Assembly (NCBI GenBank): GCA_951406725.2
Contig: OX597830.1
Span: 41,974,001 to 42,038,000, forward strand
Origin: Octopus vulgaris
Taxonomy: Eukaryota
Direction: 5' to 3'
Length of the DNA: 64,000 bases
Shown here: positions 1 through 13,921 of the stretch, in pieces
How the letters are laid out: each line of letters opens with the position of its first letter
How positions within the stretch are numbered: the stretch's first letter is position 1
The notes under the pieces: generated by a model
The model's database searches: none
What the model saw: the letters and a program-made list of their open reading frames with translations, nothing else
Told to the model about the DNA's origin: nothing
Position numbers and translations under genes: made by a program

Positions 1-166
1 GTCATATTATAACGATATGTTGGAGAAATAGATGGATAGATAATCTGAAGGATTAGCAGCTCACTTAAGGATTGTTCTGTTATCTTTGATATACATTACC
101 TTAGTTCACCTAGCTGGGATTACGCAACTGGCTCTTCTAGGACATACAGACTTCTAATTATTTAAG

Positions 167-506
167 TGAAGGTGCGTGACTCAGTGGTTATAGCACTGGG
201 CTCACAATCATGAGTTAGTGAGTTCAATTTCCGGACCAGGCTGTGTGTTGCCTTCTTGAGCAAGACACTTTATTTCCTGTTGCTCCAGTTCACTCAGCTG
301 TAGAAATGAGTTGCGATGTCACTGGTACCAAGCTGTATCAGCCCCTTTGCCTTTCCCTTGGATAACATTGGTGACATGGAGAGAGGAGGCTGGTATGCAT
401 GGGCAACTGCTGGTCTTCCAAAAACAATCTTGCCCAGACTTGTGCCTTGGAGGGGAACTTTCTAGATGCAATCCCATGACCATTCATAATTGAAGCGGGG
501 TCTTTT
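167..506 (+). mobile_element. tRNA-derived SINE (family D, CORE-like central segment), full length
   Basis: Head has A-box-like gactcagtggtta and B-box-like gagttcaatttcc, followed by CORE-like ttcttgagcaagacacttta...cagctgtagaaatgagt. Perfect 12-bp TSD taattatttaag at 155-166 and 507-518. Related degraded copies at about 30061-30360 (-) and 54220-54400 (+). Confidence 0.8.
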
Positions 507-574
507 TAATTATTTAAGGAGAGAGTCATTTCATGTTCAGTTTTAACACTTCAGAAACCAGAAATAGCCCTTAA

Positions 575-790
575 CCCTTTTGTTACTGTATTTATTTTGA
601 GATGCTCTCTGATTCTTTCAATTACTTTATAACAAAGAATTTAGTAAAATAGCTTAGTTATTATTAAGCTAGCGTTAGGAACATAGATTATGACTATGGT
701 TTGGTGGAAGATTTTAATTCAAAACTTATGAAAACAAGACATTTGTACTCAGAGCTAGAGCTGGTTTCAGCCGGGTTGGTAACAAAAGGG
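575..790. mobile_element. piggyBac-type MITE (family P1)
   Basis: TTAA at 571-574 and 791-794. Perfect 12-bp TIR cccttttgttac/gtaacaaaaggg. No ORF. Homologous copies at about 4820-5041, 33292-33476, 33508-33729, 37770-37960, 38955-39158 and 39772-39983. Confidence 0.85.
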
Positions 791-1147
791 TTAATCCTTT
801 AGCCTATCAAAGCTTTAAAAGCCAATTGAAGTCCTGGTCTCTGTAATAATTAAAGGGATGTATACATTGGAATACTTCCCTATTGTATACAGAGTACAAC
901 AAAATATTTGCAATTTCTCAAAGCAATGAATTCTCCCTAACCTGCAGGTCCTATTTACAGCTATGTAGAGTGGGCTTTTTGGCAAGTAGTGTGTTCTTTA
1001 CTTCATTATGTCAAGCCATTGAAATAATGCTGTGTCAAGATGAGAATTACAGTCATGGCAAATGGTTTGATACCTGTCACCCTGTTTATGCAACTGCCTA
1101 CATTTTAAATAATTCCGTTTACCTTTTTTGTACATTAGACATTACTA

Positions 1148-1308
1148 TGATACATTATCCAATGAAAGGCAGGCTTTGATGCATTATCCAATGAAAAGAG
1201 GCAGGCTTTGATGCATTATCCAATGAAAAGAGGCAGGCTATGATGCATTAGCCAATAAAAAGAGGCAGGCTATGGTGCATTATCCAAAGGAAAGAGATGG
1301 ACTATGAT
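1148..1308. repeat. 32-bp minisatellite, about 5 units
   Basis: Unit tgatgcattatccaatgaaaagaggcaggct(t/a) starting at 1148 (29-bp variant), 1177, 1209, 1241 and 1273. Confidence 0.9.
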
Positions 1309-2284
1309 CTGGCCAGCTAGTAGGCTGATGATAGATGCTACCTTTGCTTTCCAGTTGAAATTGTTAATAATAGATGAGCAAAATTTAAACTGTGAAAGCA
1401 AATTGCACCAACCATAAATAAAAAGTACAAAACTAAGGGGAAAAAATATAAAAATGAAAAGAGAAAACTATTCCACTGATGTCATAAAATAAATGGAAGT
1501 AAAATGTTTAAAGGAAAAAAAAAATTAAGAAAAATAGAGTAAAATAAATTATGATTGTACAGAGAGAATTAACAATGGAGAGTTGAATTAAAAGAAAATA
1601 TATATAACGAATTTAAGATTATTGAGCTTATGATCTACAGGGGTCAACAAATGATTAAAGGTATTGTCTATTATTTCTCTCCCTCTCTGCTAAGGTATAT
1701 GACTAACATCAGGTATGACTCAATCAGCAGGTAGAATATAAACTGTAGCATTATAGAGAGAAACTCCCCACCAACTGACTCTTCAAACAATAGACAATTT
1801 TGGTTGAACTTCAAAATAATAATACTGATTGCATTATAACCTAGGTGATGAACGAGGGGATAGTAATAGTAGAACTTTAAGGAAAAAAGAAATGCTGGTG
1901 GAGGTATACAGAATTATTTGGGGGGTGGGGAATGGCATAGAAAACAACACAGTACAGAAAGACTGGAAAGATGAAAAGACAGGTCACAATTGGAGGGTAG
2001 AGACAGCAATCTGGAGCTAAATCAAAGACTCTCAGAACAAGGATTACTCTATGAAGAACAAGTGCTCCTTACCCCTTACCTCTGTGTTTGCTGGTTTATG
2101 GACCCATACAGAAAAAAGGCCCAGTATTGTTGCTATTACTCATCACTACTAGCTTTGTATCAAATGTGAAGGCTGATGTCCTGCTGGCCATGATGTTTGA
2201 TTGGTTGAAAAGTGTGAAGGTTTTTGATAACATCCTAGACTCCATGTGATCAAATAATACAGCTAAAATTACAATTAATAATTG

Positions 2285-2497
2285 TTTAATTTACAGCACA
2301 AAGCCAGCAATTTTAAGGGGAGGGGCATAGTTGATTACATTGACCCAGCACTCGACTGGTATTTTATTTTACTGACCTTGAAAGAATGAAAGGTGAAGCT
2401 GACCTTGGTGGAATTTGAACCCAGAAAGTAAAGAGCCAAAATAAATGCCACTAAGCATTTTGTTTGACGCACCGATGATTCTGTCAGCTCGCTACTT
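2285..2497 (-). mobile_element. SINE family A copy
   Basis: Reverse complement matches the recurring consensus ggcggcgagctggcagaa...gagttcaaattccgccgaggtcgactttgcctttcatcctttcggggtcgataaa.taagtaccag...ggccttgtgc. Confidence 0.75.
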
Positions 2498-3944
2498 TGC
2501 AATTATAATCAATACAATTACAACTTTGTAGTTGTATTTTCAATTTATATTATTAATAATACCAATAATAATTTTAACAATGTTGTAGGTTAGTGGTTCC
2601 CGACTTTCACAACCAAGGATCCCAGACTTTTAAAAGACATGCCTGTTTGACTTTTGATCTTGTTTCATTGACCTCAAGATCTTTTTTTGCAGATTCCTTA
2701 GGCATCCATGGATCACAGCTCAGGTAAGTGTGTGTGTGTGTGTGTTTCCCCACCTATAAACCCTTTGTGACATTGCTCCCGCATGGTTGTGTTTTGCAAA
2801 CGACTTGCAAGTGCTACCAGTCGAGAACTCCGCATACCAGAAGCCAGCAGGTATATGTGGTCACCAAAAGAGAATGCACGCTGTTTTGAGGCCTACTTCT
2901 CGACAGCATCAGTGCACACCAGCCCCCCTCACTGAAATCCTCCTCCTCATCAAATATTATTTAACATCATCATCATTTAACATCAAGAAGAAGAAGAGGA
3001 AAGAGGAGGAGGAGGGAACTGTACAACTAATGGTAGGTTTTGTTGTGTTTTAATGAAGAATTTCAAACCTCTCAATGAGCCTAGAAAAACTCACAAGAAT
3101 CTACTGAAGCCACTATAATACTTAACTTCACTTCAACTAGAGACTGCAATCCTCTTACAGTCAGGTTTACTATTTGATCTGTGCTTTAGTTCTAATAACA
3201 AGCTGTGTGTACAGGTTTGGTGAACAACAGACCATCCCATGTTTAACTCATCATGCAACTATGAAATGATTTGACAATATGCTTTAGTTAGTAGCAATAG
3301 TAAGCTTACAGCTATGCAATTCCTAACACTACCACAATTAGCCACCTGAAATATTTCATACTAAAGTCAAATTATTTAACAATAAAAATCAATAAACCTG
3401 AACAATATCAATCAAATCACTAAAGAATTAAAAGAAAGCCGAACAGATTATAGATTTTCGTTTAATCCATAAATTATGCTTCCTCACAACTGTGACATTT
3501 TGCTATTAATTTATTGCCCAAACACCTTGGTCATACTACTTTTCATATAATGTTTTCCATTTGAACACTAAGCACAACTATCAATGGCTGTAGCAAGCAA
3601 ATCAAATTAGATTGGATTAAATTAGGTTAGATTAACTTTGTAGGTTTACCCCCCATGGGCCTTGTTTGATGATACACTCCATCTCTCAAATGAAAGCTGT
3701 TATAGCAGAGAAGACACATTTATTCAAAACTAGCTACGATATGAATTAATGAGGGGAACCTGTAAATGGTTGCTTAACCTGTTAGAAATAACAGCTAGAG
3801 CCTCTCTCAAATTATACCTTTTTTTTTGTTCTAAAGGTGAGACTGTTATGATTGGAATACTATTAGTTACAGATAGGTTTGTTCGGGGTTAGCAATAATA
3901 AGAACAATGAATAACAATCATTTCCTTTTTTTTTTATTTTTATA

Positions 3945-4270
3945 TTGGTGCAGATGTGGCTGTGTGGTACTTTGGATGCTTTCCACTATAACACAGGGAC
4001 AACCAAAGCCTTGTGAGTGAATCTGGTAGAGAGAAACTGAGAGCTCATTGTATGTGTGTGTGTTGTGTGTGTCCATCCCTTGCCACCACTTGACAACCAG
4101 CGTTGGTTGGCTTATGTCCCTAAGACATAATGGTTCGACATAAGAGACTGAGAGAATAAGTACCAGGCTTTAAAAAAAAAAAAAGTACTGGCATCAATTC
4201 ATTTGAGTAAAGCCCTTCAAGGTGGTGCCCCAGCATGGCCACAGTCCAATGACTGAAACAAAGTTAAAGA
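3945..4270 (+). mobile_element. SINE family B copy (internally deleted)
   Basis: gtggctgtgtggta...caaagccttgtgagtg...(TG)n...gaataagtaccaggc...cagcatggccacagtc.aatgactgaaaca, matching many other copies in the window. Confidence 0.75.
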
Positions 4271-4639
4271 TACTGATCACAGTGAGGAGGAAGTCTGATC
4301 TTTTAATGGATGTTAAACTGTTGGTTCATGAATTGCTCTCACAGGCTCGTAAATTTTTCACAATGTTCAACATAAATACACTGCAACAGTATAGAAGGGA
4401 TTTGTTATTGTACAGATCTGAGTTCCATGCTTCTCAAAGACACCCACGACTGACCAGTATCTCACACATCAGCACAACCAACAGTTCGTTGCTTGATTGG
4501 TGTTTAGATTTTTTTCCAAGTTAATTGTGATTGACTAGATCAATGTTTGATTAAAGGCATTCAGGTTGTGACCATCCAGTCTATAATTTTTACAGGTACT
4601 ATGCATCTAGGATTACACTATCCAATGTCTACTTTCTTC

Positions 4640-5045
4640 TTAAACCCTTTAGCATTCAGATTAATCTGTCAAATGTAATGCTTATTTATTCATATTTTTC
4701 TGAATTGATCATGTATTACCTTGAATCTCTGAGACTTCAATGTGATTGTTCATTCTTAGAAAGAGTGTAGAGTAGGTATGAGAGGCCAGATATGGCCAGC
4801 TTAAATGCTTACGGTTTGACTCTTTTCTTACCATATTTCTGTTGAGATGCTCTGCGTTTCTTTTAATTAATTTTAAATATAACAAAGAATTTAGTAAAAT
4901 AACTTGGTTATCATTAAGCTAGTGTTAGAAACATAAATTGCGACTAAGGTTTGTTGGAAGATTTTAATTCAGAACTTTTGAGGAAAAGACATTTGTACTA
5001 CAGAGCCAGAGGTGGTTTCAGGTGGGTTGGTATCAAAAGGGTTAA
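4640..5045. mobile_element. Two adjacent piggyBac-type MITEs (families P2 and P1)
   Basis: P2 begins ccctttagcatt and ends in degraded aatgcttacgg. It abuts a P1 copy ending gtatcaaaagggttaa. Confidence 0.7.
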
Positions 5046-5831
5046 GAAGGTAGGGTGATTTCACTGTTACTATTTCTAGCAGGTTGATTGACTACATAAA
5101 AGTTCCTTCACTGTCTGGCTGTATAATTCTCAGAGGTATCTATCAACAAGTTATCAGTCTTCTTGCTCCTTTCTCTTTCCATTGCGCTCGCCCGCCTCCC
5201 CATCACAACTAGATAGCCTCCAAATCCCACCCAATGAGCCACTTCCTATTGGCACCAGTCCTCCATTCTTACTGTCATCACCACCACTCACATTTAACAT
5301 CGTTTTTTATCATCACCTTGATTTATCCAACTCCTTCCACCCAATGGTGGGTCACTGCCAGGAAGTGTCTAACTTGATGCAGAACAAATATGTCAGGGGA
5401 CCTTGCTTGTAAATCACCATTCTTTTGTTGCTTTTCTTGTCAATGTATAAATCCTTTTCCCAATATACATTGGCCAAAAAACATACATGTGTATTCAAAT
5501 GCATACTATGGGCTTTGGCACATTTTTTCCGCTTACCAAGTTCCATATAGAAGACATTGGTCAGTTAGAGAGCTAGGGCTTGGGTAAGAGATATTTGTTG
5601 AAAAAAGCAGTGAAGTAGGATCAAACCCCAAACCATGCAGTTGAGATGTTGGCTTCTTAACCACACAGCCATTGCTGTAATAATAAAAACTACTATGAAG
5701 TAACAACTTGTAATCCAACACTGATTATATATATATATATACATACATATATGTGTGTGTGTGTGTATGCATATATACATACACACACATTTGTGTATAT
5801 ATAAATATATTTATATATATATACATATATA

Positions 5832-5867
<36 letters not shown>

Positions 5868-6125
5868 CACACACACAGATAGATACAAGTATCAATACCA
5901 GAAGACTTGATTAAAATGGTGAGCAATTGCCAGAGCTTCAGATTCCAATAGAGGGTGGGGTAGGGATATGGTTGTGGTTGGGGAGAGCCTCCTGGCAAAG
6001 AGGATTAAATAATTATAACAGAAACAGATTGCAGAGGCAGTCAGAGAAAATATTACATATGTATGCAAACATTTCAACAATGGATATATGTATATATGTG
6101 AATACGTGTGTACATATGCATGTAT

Positions 6126-6166
<41 letters not shown>

Positions 6167-6433
6167 GTATCACCGGTAGATTCAATCTCATTTTGATTAT
6201 TATTATAATCTTGGTGCATCAGTTTCATACAAATGATTCACAAACAAACATACTCCCATACACACACAGACGCACCTTACATGCCCTCCACCATCACTGC
6301 CACCGCCACCACCACAACAACATAAGATAATTTGCAATGGAGTTTGTGTAAAATGGGATTTGTCTAATCCATAGTAAAATGATTAAAAATAAAGACAATG
6401 ATAAAAATTATAAAGAATATAGGCTTATATACA

Positions 6434-6486
<53 letters not shown>

Positions 6487-6971
6487 GTATATATATATAT
6501 GTAAATATACATACACACACGTGTGATGGAGTGAAGAAGATGAATATGATTGGAATTTTCAAACCATCTTTCCTCCAGCCTCCAAGGAAAACCTATTTTT
6601 TTCACTCGATGTTTGGTAATGAGATGTCTATCTTGACCAAAGACATTAAAATAAAAATATAAAAAAGACAAACAAAAAAAACCCCAAACATTGATAATAA
6701 CAACAACAATAATTTTAAGATAAATTATATATATATATATATATATAAATATATATCTATATATATATATATATATATATTTAAAAAAAAGTCTACACAA
6801 ACTATTATAAAATCTTTGCCAGAAACAAAAAAGTAGAATTGAGGATGGGTGGGTAGGGACAATAGATTATTTTAAATTATCTCCTCTGCATTGAAATTTA
6901 ATGAAAAATATAATAAATAAAAAGAAATAACTAAGTATATGATAAATATAAAAGGAATATAATGTGCTCCA

Positions 6972-7049
6972 TTATATATGCATGTATATATACACATATA
7001 TATACATACACACATATATATACACATATATATACATACACATACACAG

Positions 7050-7122
<73 letters not shown>

Positions 7123-7171
7123 TATATATACATATATATATATACACATATATATATATACACACACATAT

Positions 7172-7208
<37 letters not shown>

Positions 7209-7349
7209 CATACATAAATACACATATATATATACATATATATATACATATATATATATACATATATATATATACATATATACATATACACATACATATA
7301 TATATACAGATATACATACACATATATACATATATATATACGCATATAC

Positions 7350-7380
<31 letters not shown>

Positions 7381-7494
7381 TACATATATATACACATATA
7401 CATATACATACATATATATACACATATACAAACATATATATACACATATACATACATTTATATACACATATACATACATATATATACACATATG

Positions 7495-7546
<52 letters not shown>

Positions 7547-7913
7547 CACACACATATATACATATATACACATACATATACACACATATACATACACACA
7601 CATACACATATATATACACATATACATATATATACATATATACACACATACATATATATACATACACACAAATATATACATATATACACATACATATACA
7701 CACATATACATACACACACATACACATATATACACACATATATATACATATATATACACACATACATATATACAGATATACATATATATACAGATATACA
7801 TATATATATATCTGTATATATATGTACACATATATACAGATATATATATATATATACATATATACACATATAAAAAAATACATATACACACATACATACA
7901 CACATATATACAG

Positions 7914-7995
<82 letters not shown>

Positions 7996-8036
7996 TATAT
8001 ATATATACAGATATATACAGATATATATATATACAG

Positions 8037-8088
<52 letters not shown>

Positions 8089-8116
8089 GATATTATATAT
8101 ATATATATACAGATAT

Positions 8117-8150
<34 letters not shown>

Positions 8151-8153
8151 CAA

Positions 8154-8188
<35 letters not shown>

Positions 8189-8192
8189 TACA

Positions 8193-8223
<31 letters not shown>

Positions 8224-8324
8224 TAAATAAATACAAATATATATATAAATAAATAAATACAAATATATATATATATATATAAATAAATAAATGCAAATAT
8301 ATATATATATATATAAATAAATAA

Positions 8325-8371
<47 letters not shown>

Positions 8372-8518
8372 TAAATACAAATATATATATATATATATAT
8401 ACATATATAAAATATATATATATATATATATGCACACACACATATAGACACATATATAGACACACAAATATGCAGACAGACAGACACACACCCATATGTG
8501 TGTGTGTGTGTGTGTGTG
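6972..8518. repeat. About 1.5-kb compound microsatellite (TA/CA/TACA, then TAGA-like and TAAA/TA blocks)
   Basis: Directly visible. It generates the spurious 300-400 aa Y/I/C/V/H/T ORFs. Confidence 0.97.
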
Positions 8519-8735
8519 AAGAGCAAAAGAGACTAGGAGATGAGAAAAAAAAAAAAAAAAAGAATATAATTTCTAGTCTTATTTAAAAGAAGTCAGAAAC
8601 AAAAGGAAAGATAGCTAAAGGAAATATAGCTGATTTCTAAAGAAAATTTTCCTGCTGCCTATTGTGGCAAGATGGTAATATTGAATTATTTACACAGATC
8701 ATTTTGCAACAGTCAAATCATACACAGAATCTGTA

Positions 8736-8772
<37 letters not shown>

Positions 8773-9744
8773 TGAGAGAGTGTGAGTGTGAGAGAGAGTG
8801 TGTGTGTGAGAGAGAGAGAGATATGAAAGTATATATAGATATATGTAGATAGACAGAAAGATAGGTAGATAGATATATTGCTAGATAGATTGATTGATAG
8901 ATTGAGAGATGCAGGTGGGGAGGAGAAAGAGTAGAGTCCAAGGTAAAGGAAGATTAAAGAAATATCTTCTTCTATTCAGCCTCATATAGTAGGCCATTCC
9001 TTAGATAACGGTTAAGGAAATGCATTAAAATGGATAATGCATTCTTCCTTGTTTTGTCAAAGTTGACTTGAAATATCCACTTCTATGAGATAAAACCATG
9101 TCAGAGGAGGAATGAGGAAAACAAAACAAAACAAAAAAAAAAAGTCTGAAAGCAAATAGCAACATAATAATAATGATGATGATGATGATGGAAATGATGA
9201 TGATGATGATGAGGTAAGTAAACAGAGACTGAAGTGAAGTCAGAGACAAGTTCATGGTTTATTGACTAAGAGAAATGCCATTTAATCTGGTATTAGAACA
9301 ACTACAGCACTAGACAAGTTATTCTTGGAATAGAATCTATAGATTTGTTTAAGAAAGAGGAGGAGAGAAAGAGAAAGAAAAAGAGAATGGAAAGAAAAAA
9401 AAAACAGTAGAAAGTAAAAAGAAAACAAAAATGAAAACAGCAATCTCCATACAGATTCAAAAGTTGGAATTTGGAATGGAGATTTTGTCTTTCTCTCTCA
9501 ACAACACTTACTGTAATTCTACAAAAATAAAAATACAACACACACACACACACCATTAGCAAACTTTTGCTAATATTTTTTTCTCTTTCTTTCTTTCATG
9601 TTTGCAGGGATGGAGTGTGTTCACAATAAACCAGACTTTAACATATCTTGACCCTCTAATGCATATACATACATATATAATATATATACACACACACATA
9701 TATATATATATATAAATATGAACACACTTTGGTTTGTTTCAGAT

Positions 9745-10155
9745 ATTTTCAACTCTAGGAACAAGGTCTGAAATTTTTGAGGAGGGGTCCAGTCGATGAG
9801 ATCGACCCCAGTACGCAACTGGTACTTAATTTATTGACCCCGAGAGGATGAAAAGCAAAGTTGACCTTAGTGGAATTTGAACTCAGAACGTAAAGATGAA
9901 ATACTGCTAAGCATTTCACCTGGTGTGCTAATGTTTCTGCCAGCTCGCCACCATTTTTTTAATAAGAGAATCTTTTCTACTCTAAGCACAAGGCCTGAAA
10001 TTTTGGGGGAGGGGGGGGGGCAGTCAATTAAATTGACCCTTGTATGCAACTGGTACTTAATTTATCAACCCCGAAAGGATGAAAGGTAAAGGTGACAGAT
10101 GAAATATTGCTAAGCATTTTGCCCGGCATGTTAACGTTTCTGCCAGCTTGCTGCC
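9745..10155 (-). mobile_element. Two tandem SINE family A copies
   Basis: Two successive reverse-complement matches to the family A consensus (about 9745-9951 and 9968-10155). Confidence 0.8.
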
Positions 10156-10517
10156 TTCTTATTGGTTTGTTTCAGATACTAGGGCCACTTACTTGGAGGG
10201 TTTAATCAATCATATCAATCCCAGTACTTGTTTTCAAAGTTTGGTACTTATTCTATTGATCTCTTTAGCCAAACTGCTAAGATATGGGGATGTAAATAAA
10301 CCAACATTGGTTGTCATGCATACACATGATATGCACACATGCGTGACAGACTTTCAGTTTCCGTCAATCAAATTCACCCATAAAGCATTGGTTGGCCCAT
10401 GACTACAGTAGAAGACACTTGCCTGAAGTGCCACAGTGGGATTGAACCTGAACCCATGTGGTTGGGAAGCAAACATCTTGACCACACAGCCACGTACTCT
10501 CTCTTTCCTTGCTCTGC

Positions 10518-10565
<48 letters not shown>

Positions 10566-10691
10566 ATGCTGGTGTGTTTTTGCATGTGAATCATTGGCTA
10601 AACCTGAATTTTTCTAAACAACAGAGTCTCCGATATTTACTTTAAAGGCATCCAGCCACAGAAAACCTTCCTCGGTCAACTCTGTCTAATC

Positions 10692-11028
10692 CAGGGGTTC
10701 TCAACCATTTTTTTATCTACAGACTCCATTTAATTACTGTTTTATTCCAGTGACCCCCGCCCATAGCTGTTCAATGTTTAATACCTAGTCTTATAAATAC
10801 TCCTTCCAAACATCTTATTTTGTATTACTTGCATTCACTTGGGTAGTCTGAACTCTGTAAAATGTTAGGGAGAAAGAAACTTGGCTGTTTCTTGCAATAA
10901 ATACCAATACATACATCCGAAGCAACATTTTTTCAGGGGCCCTTAAAATACTATTCTGGATCTCCAATTTACTATTTTATTGTGTGGATCCCCAAAAATC
11001 TTATATGGACCCTGGTTGAGAACCACTG
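10692..11028. mobile_element. hAT (Charlie/MER5-like) MITE
   Basis: TIR caggggttctcaacca / tggttgagaaccactg. Degraded 8-bp flanks gtctaatc / ggctaact. It interrupts a family C-type tail (ctctgtct..|..cacgcaagcatggaa). Confidence 0.75.
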
Positions 11029-11249
11029 GGCTAACTCACGCAAGCATGGAAGAGTGGATGTTAAAAAAATGATGATGATAATGATGATGGTGGTGATGAT
11101 ATCTCATTGGTCTTCTCAGAATTCCCTGGAGAAGCATTCACTTCTCAATCCTATTTCCACCAAATCCTTCCACACCCCCTTCAGGGGGACTCAACAAGGG
11201 TGGTCTCTTATTTTTATTCCTTTTATTTTAGGGTTTGGTAGAATTGGAA

Positions 11250-12367
11250 GAGCACTGGAAAAATATGCCTAATGGCATTTAGCTATGTTCCTGTACATTT
11301 GAAGTTCAAACTGTGCCAAGATCAACTTTGCCTTTCAATCTTCCATGGTGAATAAGATAAGTACCATTCAGACATTGGGCTTAATACATTTGATTATTTT
11401 CTCATCTCAGAACAGGTGTGCCTAGTGCTTATGTAAGAAATCATCATTATTATTTCAGTTTCAAAATCTGGCACAAGGCCAAGCACTTAATTTATCAACA
11501 CTGAAAGGATGAAAGGCAAAGTCGACCCCGGCAAAATTTGAATTCAGAATGTAAAGACAGATAAAAATGCAGCTAAACAGGTGTGCCAGGTGTGCTTATG
11601 ATTCTGCCTGGTTGAAGAGAAAATAACACCTTGTCAAGGTTGTTGACAGTAAAGGCATCAAACTGTAAAAAACCTGCCTCACTAAATTCTGTCTGATCCA
11701 TGCAACTATGATGAAGAAAAATGGTGAAAAGGCAGAATTGTTAAAATGTTGGGAGGGAAAAAAATGCCTGGCAATATTTACTTATGGTTCTTTGGATTCT
11801 GAGTTCAAATTCTGCTTAGGTCAATGTTGTATTTCACCCTTCCAGAGTCAACAAAATAAAATATCAATCCAGTACTATGGTGAATATTATCAATTAATCC
11901 CTGACACAAATTTCAAGCCTTGTACCTATGTTTAGAAACAATTACTACTACTACTACTACTGCTACTGCTACTACTACTACTACTAATAATAATAATGTG
12001 GAGCAAGCTGGACAAAATTCTCAGTGGCATTTTTGCTGGCTTTAAGTTCGTGTTCAATTTCTAATATGGTTGACCTTGCCTTTCATTCTTTTGGGGGTCA
12101 ATGAAATTGAATACCCAAGTGCTACACCCCCTTCCCACCAAATTCAGTCTTTGCATCTACAGTAGAAAGGATTAATGTTGTTATTATTATTATTATTATT
12201 AAAGAGGGTGAGCTGGCAGTCACTATGTTCTGAATTCAAATTCTGCTGAGGATGACTTTGCCTTTTATCCTTTTGGGATCGATAAATTAAGTACCAGTAA
12301 AACACTGGGGTTGATGTAATCAGTCTTCTCCCCTAAAATTTCAGCCCTTGTGCCTGTAGTAGAAGGA

Positions 12368-12413
<46 letters not shown>

Positions 12414-12680
12414 GGTGGTGAGCTAGCAAAATTCTTAGCATGTTGGACAAAATACTTAGCAGCATTTTTTCTGGCTTTGCATTCTGAGTTCAAATTCTCT
12501 GGAGTTAAGAAACAAACACTCACTTCTCAGTTATATTTCAACCAAATCCTTCCACACTCCCATCGACCCTTTCGGTAATGATAAAATAGGTATCAGTTGA
12601 TCACTCGGGTCAATGTAATCAACTTGCCCCTCCACACAAAAATTTTCAGGCCTTGTGCATGTAGAAGAGAGGATTAATAT
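11250..12680 (+). mobile_element. Cluster of at least 5 SINE family A copies separated by (ATT)n/(ACT)n tails
   Basis: Repeated gagttcaaattc...gcctttcat...aagtaccag...ccttgtgc modules, each followed by a trinucleotide tract. One copy (about 11460-11610) is inverted. Confidence 0.8.
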
Positions 12681-13921
12681 TATGAACAAATCATTCTTCT
12701 GCTTTTTGAGTTTGTTATGAACCCTACTGAAGATGTCCTGACATTGTCCTGTCCCTGTTAAATAACGACAAGACAACGTGGTGCGGGATTACAAAACAAC
12801 ACTGACCAGATGACATTCCGTCTCCCTTCTCGACACTCACTGCACCTTGTCTTCCCCACCCCCACAACAAGCCCAACAACAACAGGCTCACAAGATTAGG
12901 GTTGACCCAGGGCTAAACAACAGCTAAGACTGACTTGTCCATAAGTACACTACAGAATTGGCATAGCGTCAAATATGGCCAGGCAGATGACACATTAAAC
13001 ATAAATATCGCCATGGAAGAAGGAGAAGTTGAAAATGACAAATTTGTACACACACACACACACACACAAACATGGAATATTTCTAAGTGCCAAAATGGTA
13101 TTCAAAAATCCTTCACCACTGGTATGTACGAATGAATGAGTGAATGAATGAAAGAATGAAAGAGTAAAATCAATATCAGTTATTCACCTAATTTTGCCTT
13201 GATGGGCAGAAAGAATGTCAATAATTTTAATCAAAACTCATCTAGGAGAAATTGAGTTTTAATACAAACCATACACTGTCATTTACAGCAGCTCCCTCGC
13301 TTCCTCTCACTCTCTCTCTCCCTCTCCCTCCCTCCACCTCATTTTAGGCATTTACCTCCCACCCTTACTCTGCTCAGGCTCCAGTTACATACAAACATAC
13401 TAGGTAACAAACAATGCAAATACAAATCGTAAATAAAAACAAAGAACCAGAGTGAGAGGGAGGGAGGGAGGGAGAAAGGTATAGAAATATAAAAAAAAGA
13501 CAAAAGAAACTAATATTCATTTTAAAAAGTAGAAAACAACAAGAACAACAACAACAACAGCCACAACAACCATGTTGTGTTTGAGAAATATGGAACAACT
13601 AAAGTTAGCTTGATTGAAATTTAACACTGAGGTTGCGAGTATTATAATTAGAAACGGTGAAAGTTTTTGGTGATGTTAAACTGAGCACAACAAAAAGTAT
13701 GCGCACACACACACACACATTATTTGGTCTCTTCCCACCCTGTCTCTTATTATTACAATAAGAAGGTGGTGGTGGCGGTGGTGGGGAGACACCAAATGTA
13801 GCAAGCGTATCATTACTCAGCTAAATAGTGTTTCGTTCCATTACATGTGTGCATGCCTACATGTATGCACACATATCTATATAACATGAACTCATATGAA
13901 TATCTGAACACATTTTTAATA

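Noticed and set aside
1148-1308. CRISPR-like repeats of about 32 bp
   Set aside because: Units are directly adjacent without unique spacers, there are no cas genes, and the context is eukaryotic. The same holds for 38621-38750.
6872-8526. Long ORFs of 300-407 aa
   Set aside because: Pure translation of dinucleotide microsatellites, which lack stop codons. The same applies to most ORFs at 5565-6330, 15179-15525 and 26546-27348.
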